Notes: generated by a model from the letters alone, not told the origin. 62,526 nt of DNA, filler included, from Choristocarpus tenellus KU-1152 (GCA_964200185.2; 11 parts of 11 records of this genome joined end to end with filler, not necessarily neighbours in it); one strand, 5' to 3'; positions 11,400 through 23,244 are shown, counted from the whole stretch's first letter. Numbers and translations are program-made.

Positions 11400-12523
11400 T
11401 CTTTGAGTGTATCGAGGAAGACCCCTGAATTCACATCATCCATCTTCAGATTGAGCAAGCAATGACTTCAGTTTGAACAGAACAAACTTACAGGTGCTTT
11501 GCGGCACTACGACACCTCTTCGCATCGCAAAGTATCCATTGCACACGAAAGCATGACTTATTCAATTGAGATCTTAACACCCCCTCCTGCATCTACGTCA
11601 AGGAGTACCTGGACAGGCATTCTCTAGTCTTTGCGTGGATGCCATAGCAGGCCAGATAGTCACACACTTGACCTATACGATGGACAGGTGACATGGCGAA
11701 TATTGTCGAGTTGGGAATGGGAGTCTTACTGTCTATAGTTGGAATGACAGAGGGCTGAAGCCTCAGAGTCCAGCTTCAAGATGACTCTGAAGCGTCCGAA
11801 TCGATTGGGCTTATCGCAAGTATTGGAAGGAGTTCCGAGTCTTGAATCGCTGCTAGGTATTGAAGATGTGTATCTGTTAAGGCTAGCATCGTACGCAGCT
11901 CATCAGTGGATTGAGCACCTGGAGATCCCTTGTGGGTTCTCGAAAGGTATGAGAAGTATCCCCTTTGGAACTACCGAGTCGTCATGTGTGTACCTGCACT
12001 TGCAGCTTATCAACCTGAAGCAGTCTCGACCATAGGCATGATTAAAGCAAACTTGGTGTGCCTTTAGCCATGTATCGACTTCATCCTAGGAGGCAGACGG
12101 TGGAGGTAAGTATTTGCCCGAGTGGTGTCGACTTGTATCACTCGCCCTGTCAGTGACTAAGGAAGGTGGGGATCAAAGCACAGGCTGGGGAACGGATGTA
12201 ACTGGTCAAACGGGTTTTGATGCATTGCTTTTTGGAACGAACGAGGTCCTGTGTTTCCCAGGAACGTGGTCGTCTAAGGCACACAGACAGCGGGCGAGGA
12301 GTTCTGCATTAAAACAGGTTGAAGCGTTGGTGCGAAGGCTATCAGTACACTGTTGATAACCTCTCTGTGGCAGTGAAATTTGACTTGTTACCTCTTCTTG
12401 AATAGACGTCCTGTTCTGGCGAGGTAGTCCCAGTTCCTGTCTGACGATTGTGGATTCGGCTGAGACAGCAGAAGGGCGTGACATGCTAGGAAACATAGCA
12501 CATGCATCTGTCATGCTACCCAA
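11400..12523 (-). pseudogene. Decayed ORF with a CCCH zinc finger and a possible CW-type zinc finger
   Basis: ORF 12523-12206 continues in the same frame through TGA, TGA and TAG stops into CFNHAYGRDCFRLISCKCRYTH (12049-11984); further down VQWILCDAKRCR (about 11545-11510). Confidence 0.5.
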
Positions 12524-12574
12524 GACGCAAAGTATCTGGAGGGGGGGGGGGTCTACACCGGAGTGTCCATTTGG
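12524..12574. mobile_element. MITE family B terminus cut by the contig end
   Basis: GACGCAAAGTATCTGGAGGGGGGGGGGGTCTACACCGGAGTGTCCATTTGG. Confidence 0.8.
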
Positions 12575-12687
12575 NNNNNNNNNNNNNNNNNNNNNNNNNN
12601 NNNNNNNNNNNNNNNNNNTTAATTAATTAANNNNNNNNNNNNNNNNNNNNNNNNNNNNNNNNNNNNNNNNNNNNCTGTATGGTAGCA

Positions 12688-12850
12688 TGACTCAGGAAGA
12701 AGGGCACTTTTCGCGACAATTTTTTTCGCGCGCGCCAATCTCGCGTGAATATCTCTGCGATTTTGTGCCAAATCGCCCGTATACGAGAATTCCGGTACAA
12801 AAGCCTATTTTGGGGGCATGTCGAAAAAACTCGGTACAAAATTGAATATT
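12688..12850. repeat. Dispersed repeat, probably a DNA-transposon end; second copy at 36000-36200
   Basis: CATGACTCAGGAAGAARGGCACTTTTCGCGA...GAATTCCGGTACAAAA is shared by two different contigs. Confidence 0.75.
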
Positions 12851-12899
12851 TTGAATTTGGTTCATAATATTTGGCCCAAAATAGGGTAACCTACTGTAA

Positions 12900-12996
12900 T
12901 ATATTCCAAGGAATTCAATGCAAATGTCTGTTTTGTAATCGGAGGTCATCCCGAAGAGCTACAACTTAACGACCCAGACTAATGGGACAAAGGGAG
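12900..12996. mobile_element. Orphan Stowaway/mariner-type TIR
   Basis: ...GAAGAGCTACAACTTAACG...GGGACAAAGGGAG|TA, homologous to 14545-14640. Confidence 0.7.
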
Positions 12997-14021
12997 TACG
13001 AAAAAACTGATGTGTGTGTGTGTTAATTGCTGTACATACTACTATACAACGAACATCAGGGTAGGAATCAAGAAGGCAAGGGTTAGGGTGAAGGGTTGAA
13101 TTACACATACACTAAGTATTACATTAGTAATGTAATCGTGACGATCCAGTTCACTCGATTTGCTTATTCAAAGATTCTTCGATATTGTAATCATGACTTT
13201 CATATTAGTCTAACACTTTCTTGCGCGTATGATATGTGTACTGAACGATTCACTCTAGAAACTTCCTCCCTTGCACTCAGCATTTCCTCCTGGTCCCCTT
13301 TTGATACCCAATGCTTTGATTCGCTCAAGTGGTTAGAAATCTGTAATGAGCAAATTTGTGAGATGTACTCCTAATTCGCTTGATTAACAACACCGAACAC
13401 ACATTAGGGCTAGGAATACAGAATAAATGTTAGGATAGGCTTAAGGATATGCAATACTTGAAAGAAGTATACAATGGGCTTGCAACTACTTCATCTGTCC
13501 CATAAGTCTGTGCCGTTAGGTTGTAGCTCTTTGAGATGATCTCTGACTACAAAACTTGTTTTTGCGTTGGATTTGTAAGAATTTTCTACATAAAATAATT
13601 ATGTCTCGCCTTTGCTTGAAATCATCAGTCCACCAATCCAGCGCCGTGTTGTAGGTGACTCGGTCTAGTTCGACACCTCTAGTCAACCTACCCTCCTGCT
13701 ACGTTTTTGTGGTCCCCAAGTGCTCTATCTGGAAATCGTTCTACCCAGTGCTCGTAGCACCTGGTTGTACCTCTTCAACAAAATTTGCCTCACCCCCTTG
13801 AGCGTGTCTGCGTCGTATGCATGGAACATGCTCTTAACCCCTCTACAAGGTAATCCATGGTGCCATAACGCTCCAACCAAACCCTGCTCTTCAGGGATGC
13901 GAAAAAACCCAATTGTTGATGTTGAGATCCTGCAACTGCACTGGATGCGTCACAACTCCAATTTCCCATCAATCCTCCCTCCTTGCGATGTTCAGCTTCT
14001 GCACCATGCCTTTGCCCTTAT

Positions 14022-14198
14022 GGCTCAAAGTATCTGGGGGGAAGTGGCGGCTGTCCATTCGGGGTCAATTTTTTTATGTCGCGATTTTTGGGTGATTGTG
14101 TTGCATACGTAGAATGGATAATGTAGGTGCACTTTTCCTGGTTTGTCCCAAATGGACACCCTGGTGTAGACCCCCCACCCCCACAGATACTTTGAGTC
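14022..14198. mobile_element. MITE family B nested in the mariner relic
   Basis: GGCTCAAAGTATCTGGGGG...CCCCACAGATACTTTGAGTC flanked by TTAT/TTAT; removing it restores the transposase frame (LHKGKG). Confidence 0.85.
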
Positions 14199-14230
14199 TT
14201 ATGCAGAATCAAACTGTCCTGCTGTATAAC

Positions 14231-14481
14231 GAGCTCTCGGGGTAGAGTCGCGTCCATTTGGGGGCCAAAATCTAATGTTGCAGGTTCGATGTAATTTTGG
14301 CTATCATGTTTGTTAGGAAGCGTCGATATCCTTGTTCAGGACACACCCATTCATAACATATACATTTGACCTACTCCGAAATATTTTGCAGTAGGAAAAT
14401 ATTCATAAAAACCCCAAGGGAAGCCAAGCCCCAAATGGACAAACAGGGAAAAAAATCGTACCCTCTAAGATACTTCCACTC
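14231..14481. mobile_element. MITE family A nested in the mariner relic
   Basis: Body matches 2857-3110; right TIR CGTACCCTCTAAGATACTTCCACTC; flanks AAC/AAT. Confidence 0.8.
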
Positions 14482-14841
14482 AATTCGGAACCACTTCAAA
14501 ACGGAATTATTTTAATAATTGTTCGACTTTTGTGTTAAATACGGGATATCCCAAGGAATCCAACACAAAATCCGTTTTGTAATCGGTGGTAATCTCGAAG
14601 AGCTACAACTTAACGGCACAGACATATGGGACAGAGGGAGTATGTATGTGTACCTGTTGTTCGAAACATGCATACATTTAAAAATACAGTATGTTGTAAT
14701 GGTATTGTTCTACTTAACATTGTACGGCACTGCGGTTGGCATATTTTCAGTGTTGATTCTACGCATACAACTTTGGATTGACCATTAAATGTAGCAGAAA
14801 TTTACAATTGCTGACTCTGGATGGTGCCATTGTGTGCTCCT

Positions 14842-15033
14842 CTTGGTGAGTGCCTTGCATACTCCACGAGCAGCAGTATGCATAAATCAGATGGATTAGA
14901 CCGCATGTTTTTCTCTAATACTAGCCCTTAACCCTAACCCCTTAGTCCCCCCTGCCCCCAATAGAAAAGTGTATCCAATCTGCGCCAGTTATCAGAAATG
15001 AAGTAGAGGGTATTCACAAGGCACTCACCCAAG
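14842..15033. mobile_element. Possible small MITE
   Basis: Inverted repeat CTTGGTGAGTGCCTTG / CAAGGCACTCACCCAAG about 190 bp apart; no clear TSD. Confidence 0.4.
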
Positions 15034-15669
15034 TGAGAATTTGAAGGCCTTGAACTGACCGTATAGAAATTTGTCAAATATTGATATTGAGAGACCACTG
15101 TACCACTAGGACAGTCTCACGCCCAACCCTCTATCAGAGTGTTGTGAGTTTTCACTATCTACTTGGACAAACCACTCACACTTACAAGCAAGTCCACCAT
15201 AGCCACATTGACTAAAGAGGCTTGTTACGTTGATGAGCCTATAGAGTCAAACCATCTCATGCTAACCTTTCCGGCACATTGTGTAAAATCATGACCGTCT
15301 GACAGAGTCTTTGTTGTGAGGCTCTCTGTGACTATTTTGCCTCTTCTTTTGTGTTATTATTTGCTTCGGTACTATAGTGCAGTACGGTGTTGTTAAGGTA
15401 ATAGCTGTGCCTATAGAAGGCTGTGTATATACTTCAAAATATATGCTTCATATGTTCTTGATGTGTGTGTATGGGAGTGAAGATTGAAAATTAAGGAGTA
15501 CATACCACCAAGAAGATAAAATATGGAGGGAATGCTTGCACTAACAGGTCAAATAGTTTGTCTCCGATTCAGTATGTGCTTGTTTGTGTGCGTGTGTGTC
15601 TCTGTGTGTGTGAGGGGCGTCCGCGGGTAAGTCTGACTGTTTAACACCTCTCCCACCGTGTTTAATTTT

Positions 15670-15721
15670 GAGTGAAAGTGTCTTAGAGGGTACGAATTTT
15701 GCCCTGTTTGTCCATTTGTGG
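15670..15721. mobile_element. MITE family A terminus cut by the contig end
   Basis: GAGTGAAAGTGTCTTAGAGGGTACGAATTTTGCCCTGTTTGTCCATTTG. Confidence 0.8.
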
Positions 15722-15821
15722 NNNNNNNNNNNNNNNNNNNNNNNNNNNNNNNNNNNNNNNNNNNNTTAATTAATTAANNNNNNNNNNNNNNNNNNNNNNN
15801 NNNNNNNNNNNNNNNNNNNNN

Positions 15822-18800
15822 CTTGCCTGAGTGAACCACGCCACCGCAGAATCACACGATTCACATTGGCGACACCGGTGTCCTCAGAAATAGGATGACG
15901 GGGCATTTCTGGTTGACCGCGGAGGAAAGATGCCGAACTCTAGATCTAGACGAAGACGGAGGGCCCAAGAGCGGAGAACCCCAGACCTGGCGCCATCAAG
16001 AACGCCAGAAGAGGTCCAAGATCACGGATCAATGGAAGACATGGAGTCTTCCTCCCACCTCGACTCTGACACGTCAAGTATGGACTCCATGTCATCCAGT
16101 GCCACCACACTTGGTGAACGGCGCTGTGGATCCCCCCCTTCCCTGCTTGCAGATCGGCAGGCGAATATCAGACCCGTGTTGTCGACCCTAGAGCATTGTG
16201 TTAGCTCGGGCGACCGTGACACCCGTCAGGTCCTCTTCCAGGGAGAGACAGCCCCACCCCCAAGTTCTTACTACTTGTGAGGTGACCATGTCACAAGAAC
16301 AGTTCGGGGATCCTGTGCCATCGTACATCGCGCACCACATTAACGAGTGCGCCAGAACGAACACGGTGCCTCCTGGATGGCTTCAAGACCTGATGGAGCT
16401 CCAAGCTCGGGGAATGGACTCCGATCAAGTAAGATCTGTTGAACAGAGTACCAGCGTCACACGCCTATCATCAATGTTAGAAGCGAATCGTTTCAGGTTT
16501 TCTGCTTCAGAAATTCCATCTGGTCTTGTCATGACAGGTTCGGGAGAGGAAAATTAGCCACTCTTGCTTTCCAAATGGCACGTGACAATTTTCTTGCACT
16601 CTAGGCAGTATGGTACCGCATCCTCTGAGACAATCAACGCTCGATGTGTAGAATTTTTGTCGAAAATTCTTCAAGGTCTAGCTGAAACCTTTTACTTTCA
16701 GGCGTTTGCAGGCACAGTAGAGTGACGTTCAACCAGTGATCTGGCTCGTTTACAATCGTCCCTTGACACTCCCGTCCCCATTACACCGCCGAAGACTTTG
16801 GAGGATGTCCAGAAAGCCCTGATCACTGCGTTCACTCCCGCCCATGCTGTAAGTGTATCAGCTCGTCGACTAACGTCTTTGAAACAGGGGGAGAATGAGT
16901 CTGTTGATCAATATTTTACGTTGCACCACTGCAATTAATCGGTTCTTGGATGATGTTCATCGCACAACGTCGTCCTCAGACAGTTGACATGAAAGCTTTG
17001 CTTGTCGAGCAACTTAAAGTAACGCTGATGGAAGATGGCTTACTCCCTGCGATTCGTCTTGAACAGATTCGGGACGAACCCGCCACCTCGTTTGCGCAAG
17101 CTCGTGACCTTGCCAAACAGATTGAAGCTAACCACTTGTCTGGCCATAACCCCAACCCCATGATGTACACGAGTGCTGTGACTCACAATTCTTGTCGCGG
17201 ACAGGTTCCTCGTAGCGAACTCGAGCAATCACAACGAGAGTGCCAACGGCCACGTAAGGAGGTGGAACGTCACCGAGCAGGGGAGGCAACCATCAACAGG
17301 GCCCCAGCTCGGTCATCGACGGGTCCACCTCCCTCAGCCGGGCACACTGACAGACCAACTCGACCAAAAGACACGTCGCCCTATTCAGCCTCAACGTCCA
17401 GCTCGACGTACACCATCGATCAGCAAAATAGTGTGTGCCAGTACCTGGGTTGTCAGGCAGCGACTCGTGAGGGTCATACAACCCAGTCGTGCCTGGACAA
17501 TCCGCGGGGCGCTCGTTTGCCATACTTACGTCATAGAGGCAGGGGTCATGGAAGTCGTGTTCGTGTTCGTGACGACAGCGAGTCAACACCTGGCCATTAT
17601 GGTCCGCGTCCCTAGGGGTGCCCAGGTGGATTTGACTCCTGTCCACTTGGGAACAGCCATGGTGTTGTTGTTGACACCATCGTAGGGAGTGGCAAGCGTC
17701 AGAGGTTGACACCAGTCATACCTCTTGCCCCGCAGGCATCGTTTATTTCCTGCACGCGTGTCACTAAGCATTTTTCTTTGCCATTAGTTCAACCAAACTC
17801 GTGTAATAATAATGAAACTTGGTTCAACAGTTCTTTGTGCAGATACCCATCCACGCCCAAACCTTTGTCGTTTTCATCACAAAGGTTGCGTGTATCGGGC
17901 ACCGTTGAAGAACAAGAGGAAAATTACTTGACAATTGACACAGCCAGTGATGTACCATGTATTTCTGAAATATTTGTTCGCAATCACCCTCAACTGAAAC
18001 GTTTTGATGTGCATCCTGTCCCACCTGGTGCAATAAATCTACATGCATCAAATGGTTCACCTGTGCATATTCGTGGATTTATTCGTTTTGCACATACACT
18101 TGGTGACACCACATTGCCAGTTGAAGCTTTAGTGATTCCCCAACTTGGTCCCGATAAAATTCTGCATGATAATAGTGCAGGCATTCGGTGCAATCCTTGA
18201 TTGGAAAGAACAACGTCTTTCATTTCACAAACGTTCATGTACCATTTCAGCAAGACATCACATGACAAGGAGCCCCACTCAAGTACCTGATACACGTACA
18301 ACTCCTTCGTGTTATGTGGTGAGTGCGCAACATGATTTTGACACTATACCTGTTCGTGTACATAAACAGTATAACGTACCAGCTGGTCAGGAAATCATCA
18401 TACGTCGCACCACTGATACTAGTCCGTCATTGGATACTGCCGTAGTAGTGGAGCCAGTCATACACTCCATGCCTGCTGTAGATCAAACCACTGAACCTAC
18501 ACATCCACGGAATCGTATCGTAGCTGCTCGCACTCTCAGTACTTGGTCCGCAAGTAATAGATCAGTATTGGTTCAAATGGCAAATCCAACAACACGGAAA
18601 GTACGTATCAGGAAGCATCTTGTGATAGGCCACTTAAGTCTTATTTCAGATCAGGTACCAATTACTGTTAGTACTCTAAATACTGATTCTGCTCCGTTTA
18701 GTGAAGCTAGAGAGGAGTTACATCAAGCCTTCACCAAGTCAAACGCACTCAAATATACCACGTTCAATCAGTCACAAGTGTCTCAACTTTTAGACCTCTG

Positions 18801-20186
18801 TGCTCGTTATAGATCGGTATTTTTGTTGAATGCAGCAGAACTAGGCAGATGTTCCCTAGCTGAAGCAGAATTTCCTATTGAGCCTGGTACCAAACCTGTT
18901 GACAGGAACCCTTACAGAGCAAACCCCCGTACTCAACAAGTAATTGACTCGTGTGTGTTAATACTATGGAAGAGCAAGGCATTATTGAAAAACGTGCCAG
19001 CCCTTGGGGTAGTCCTGTTACTATTGTGGCCAAATCTGATGGCTCCCCACGATTCAGTGTAGAATATAGGTCAACTGTTAACAAACACCTTGTTCGACAG
19101 TCTTAGCCTATACCTTATATAGAGTCTCATATTGATACTGTTGGGGGTGCCAAATTTATCACCGTTTGTGATATTCAGAGTGCATATTGGCAAATTCCTG
19201 TTGCTGAGGATGACATTGATAAAACCGCTTTTGTCACGTCCAGAGGCTAATACGTTTTTAAGAGGATGCCCTTTGGGATATCAAATGCCCCTTGGCAATT
19301 TCAAAGAATCATGTCCTTAGCCTTTGCCAACTTCGGTCCATTGAGTGAGTTGCTAGTTTACATGGATGATTTGATTTGCTTGTTCTCCCACATGGGAAGG
19401 ACATATACACTTACTAGAACAGCAGTTTAAAGCGTTACAAGCAGCAGGTTTAACTTTTAAACCGCCAAAGATCCAGTTTGGACCCAAAGAAGTACATTAC
19501 CTGGGTCACATTTTATCGTCTGAAGGGATTCGTATCGGTGAGGATCGTGTCCGTGCAATCAGTGAATTACCCAAACCCACCACCATCAAAGAACTTCGAT
19601 CTGTCCAAGGTATGATCAACTTTGTACGTAAATTCATACACAACTTCGCCACAGTAATCGAACCGTTAGTTCTTCTCACTAAGAAAGGTGTCAATAAGAG
19701 AGTGGATAAAGAATGGGGATTGGACCAGGATGTGGCATTTTTTAAAGTAAAACAATTACTCACTGCTGCCCCGGTTCTCGTGATTCCTGACCTTACCAAA
19801 GAATTCATCATCCATGTTGATGCCAGTGAGAGTGGTGCTGGAGGTTTTTTAGCACAACCTCGATCCGATAATCCTGCAGACCTAGGTATCATTGCATACT
19901 TCAGCAAGAAATTTAATGAAGCTCAACGTCATTATTCAGCTACATTAAGAGAGTGTTATGCAGTCGTTACAGCCATCACGCATTGGCGACCGTATCTTTG
20001 GGGTAGACACTTCACCTGCATCACAGATCATGCCGCATTGTGTTACTTGTATAGAATGCAGGATACCAGTAACATGCTTACTCGTTGGGCTATTGCTCTT
20101 CAAGCGTATGATTTCACAGTCAAGCACAAGCCCGGTAAGCTCAATGTTATACCTGATACTCTATCTCGTATTTTCAAGTTTGAGGA
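15822..20186 (+). mobile_element. Ty3/gypsy LTR retrotransposon, copy 1 (decayed): LTR end/PBS, gag, protease, RT, RNase H
   Basis: ...TTCACA-T-TGGCGACACC PBS-like site (about 15867); gag with CCHC knuckle ending at TAG 17613-17615; protease LTIDTASDV; RT SPWGSP, RMPFG, YMDD; RNase H IHVDASESGAGGFL...ECYAVV...WRPYLWGRHFTCITDHAAL; frameshifts and stops present. Confidence 0.93.
17613..17729 (+). promoter_or_regulatory. Candidate stop-codon readthrough signal (UAG-GGG plus three predicted hairpins)
   Basis: Stems 17621-30/17642-51, 17659-66/17673-80 and 17691-17729; conserved at 20936-21050. Confidence 0.6.
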
Positions 20187-20286
20187 NNNNNNNNNNNNNN
20201 NNNNNNNNNNNNNNNNNNNNNNNNNNNNNNTTAATTAATTAANNNNNNNNNNNNNNNNNNNNNNNNNNNNNNNNNNNNNNNNNNNN

Positions 20287-20405
20287 CCCTTTTTTTTACA
20301 CAGCTATCAAATCCGCCCCGTGCGAACAAATCACACCAAAAAGAAAAAAATCAACAAAAGGGTGAAAAACGGACGCCGACACCCCCCCCCAAGATACTTT
20401 GACCC
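20287..20405. mobile_element. End of a related MITE (family D) inserted in gypsy gag; same end at 50748-50768
   Basis: CCCCCCCCAAGATACTTTGACCC directly followed by gag sequence homologous to 16303 onward. Confidence 0.65.
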
Positions 20406-23244
20406 TTCAGTGATGCTGTACCAGCGTTCATTGCGCACCACGTCAACGAGTGCGCAAGAACAAACACTGTGCCTCCTGAATGGCTTCAGGACCTGCTAAA
20501 GCTTAAGTTTGGGGAACAGGCATCAATCAAGTTCCTTGGGCAGACTTTGTACAATTACAACGAGAATGTCAACGGCTCCGTACGGACGTGGAACGTCACC
20601 GAGCAGGGAAGGCAACCCTCAACAGGACCCCAGCTCGGTCGTTGACAAGTCCACCAACCACAGCCAGTTCAACTGACAGATCAACACGACCCATGGACAC
20701 ATCACATTACACAGAGACACCATCAACTCTCCAGTACATCATTGATCAACACTAAAGTAGTGTGTGTCAGTACCCGGATTGTCAGGCGGCAACTCGTGAG
20801 AGTCATACAACCCAGTCGTGCCTGGAAAATCCGAAGGGTACTCGTAGGTTGCACCTGCGTCATAGAGGAAGGGGTCGCGGCGGTCGTGTTCATGACGATA
20901 GATAGTCAACACCAGGCCATTATATCCCTCGTCCCTAGGGGTGCCCAGGTGGATTTGACTTCTGTCCACTTGGGAATAGTCATGGTGTTGTTGACACCAT
21001 CGTAAGGGATTGGCAAGTGTCGGAGGTTGACATCAGTCACACCTCTTGCTCCTCAGGCATCATTTATTGCATGCACACACGTGTCACTAAGCATTTTTCT
21101 TTGCCGTTAGTTCAACCAAACTTGTGTAATAATAAACTTGGTTTAACAGTTCGAGGCTTGTTACCTTGGGTGGCAAGAGTTTCCGCGTATGATTTAAACT
21201 CTGATTATATTACATCCATGTATGTGTTTGATACACAGTTTGCAGAGTGGCGCTGATGCAATTTGAGAGATCAATGACAGTCACGAAAGAAATAATAATC
21301 AACCATCAATGTACAGCTGTCATCTTCTCCTGATAAGGAGAAAGAGTGAAAGAAAAAACAAACAACAGAACAACAGAACAACATCGAAACAATATGTGAT
21401 GCAACTAATGTGACTTACACTATACTAACTATTTGTGTGGAACCAGAGTGACTGTTCTGTACTAAGGTGTTCTGATTGTAGTTGATGTGGTGATGACGAA
21501 CNNNNNNNNNNGTAACAGACCAATCAACAGTCATTGTTGACTGCTGGAACTTTATCGTATCAAGGAACAAACAGATGAGTAGCGTATGTTTTAACACTTT
21601 GTACATATACTCATCTATGCCCAAACCTTTATCGTTTTCTTCACAAAGGGTTCGTGTATCTGGCACCACTAAAGAACAAGAGGAAAACGACTTGACTATC
21701 GACACAGCTAGTGATGTGTTTTAGAAGCATTTGTTCACAATCACCCTCAACTGAAACGTTTTGATATGCATCCTGTTCCACCTGGTGCAATAAATCTATG
21801 TATGGCAAGTGGTTTACCATTGCATATCCGTGGATTTATTCGTTTTGCACTTACACTTGGTGACACCACATTGCCAGTTGAAGCTTTAGTGATTCCCCAA
21901 CTTGGTCCCGAAAATAATCTGCTTGAGAATAGTGTTATGCAGGCCTTCGGTGCAATCCTTGATTGGCAAGAACAACGTCTCTCGTTCCACAACAATTCGT
22001 GTACCATTTCAGCGAGACATCGCACGACAAGGAGCCCCACACAACAAGTACGTGATACAAGTACTACTCCTTCGTGCTCTGTGGTGAGTGTGCAACGTGT
22101 TTTTGACTATGTACCCGTTCGTCTACATAAACAGTATAACATACCACCTGGTAAAAAAAATTTATCGCACATTGCACAATTGGTGCTAGCCCGTCGCTTG
22201 ATACTGCTGTTGTAGTGGAGCCAGTCATACATTCTATGCCTGCTGTAGATCAAACAACTGAACCTACACACCCATGGAATCGTATCGTAGCTGCTCGCAC
22301 TCTCAGTACTTGGTCAGCAAGTAATAGATCAGTATTGGTTCGAATGGCAAATCCAACATCACGAAAGTTCCGTATCAAGAAGCATCTTGTGATCGGTCAC
22401 TTAACCCCTATTTCTGATCAGAAACCAATCACTGTTAGTGCTCTAAATAGTGATTCTGCACCATTCAGTAAAGCTAGAGAGGAGTTACATCAAGCCTTCA
22501 ATAAGACAAATGCGTTCAAAGATACCACGTTCAATCAGTCACAAGTGTCTCAACTCTTAGACCTTTGTGCTCGTTATAGGTTGGTATTTTCGTTGAATGC
22601 AGCAGACCTAGGCAGATATACTCTAGCTGAGGAAGAAATTCCTATAGATCCTGGTACCAAACTTGTTGACAGGGACCCTTACAGAGCAAGCCCCCGTACT
22701 CAAAAAGAAATTTACCCGTGTGTTAATACTATGGAAGAGCAAGGCATCATTGAAAAACGTGCCAGCCCTTGGGGTAGTCCTGTTACCATTGTGTGGCCAA
22801 ATCTGATCGCTCCCCACAATTCTGTGTCGACTATAGGTCAACGGTTAACAAACAAATTGTTCCACAGACTTGCCCTATGCCTGATATGGAATCTCATGTT
22901 GATACCGTTGGAGGCGCAAAATTCATCACCGTTTGTTATATTCAGAGTGCACATTGGCAAATCCCTGTTGCTGAAGACGACATTGATAAATCTGCTTTTG
23001 TAACGTCCAGAGGCAAGTATGTTTTCAAAAGGATGCCCTTTGGGATATCAAATCCTCCCTGGCAATTTCAAAGAGTCGTGTCCTTAGCCTTTGCAATTTT
23101 TGGTCCACTTAGTGGTTTATTAGTACACATGGATGATTGCTTGTTCTCGATTGCTTGTTCTCCCACATGGGAAGGACACCTACAATTACTAGAGCATTTG
23201 CTAGAGCAGCAATTCAAAGCTTTGCAAGCAGCAGGTTTAACCTT
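20406..23244 (+). mobile_element. Ty3/gypsy copy 2 (same family, decayed; partial gag, protease, RT), truncated by a MITE
   Basis: Collinear with about 16300-19455, with an internal gag deletion and an extra segment of about 440 bp (21153-21597); HMDD and KRMPFGISN motifs. Confidence 0.92.

Larger units (their letters stand above)
13489..14640 (-). mobile_element. Internally deleted plant-type mariner with about 100-bp Stowaway-like TIRs and TA target duplication; hosts two MITEs
   Basis: TA|CTTCATCTGTCCCATAAGTCTGTGCCGTTA ... TAACGGCACAGACATATGGGACAGAGGGAG|TA; minus-strand relic VIQQD ... THPVQLQDLNINN / LGFFASLKSRVW. Confidence 0.8.

Noticed and set aside
14921-14944. Telomere-like CCCTAA/TTAGGG words (also about 13080)
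   Set aside because: Only one or two degenerate units inside repeats; not a telomere.
21502-21511. 10-N gap inside gypsy copy 2
   Set aside because: Scaffolding gap; it prevents checking the reading frame across the extra segment.
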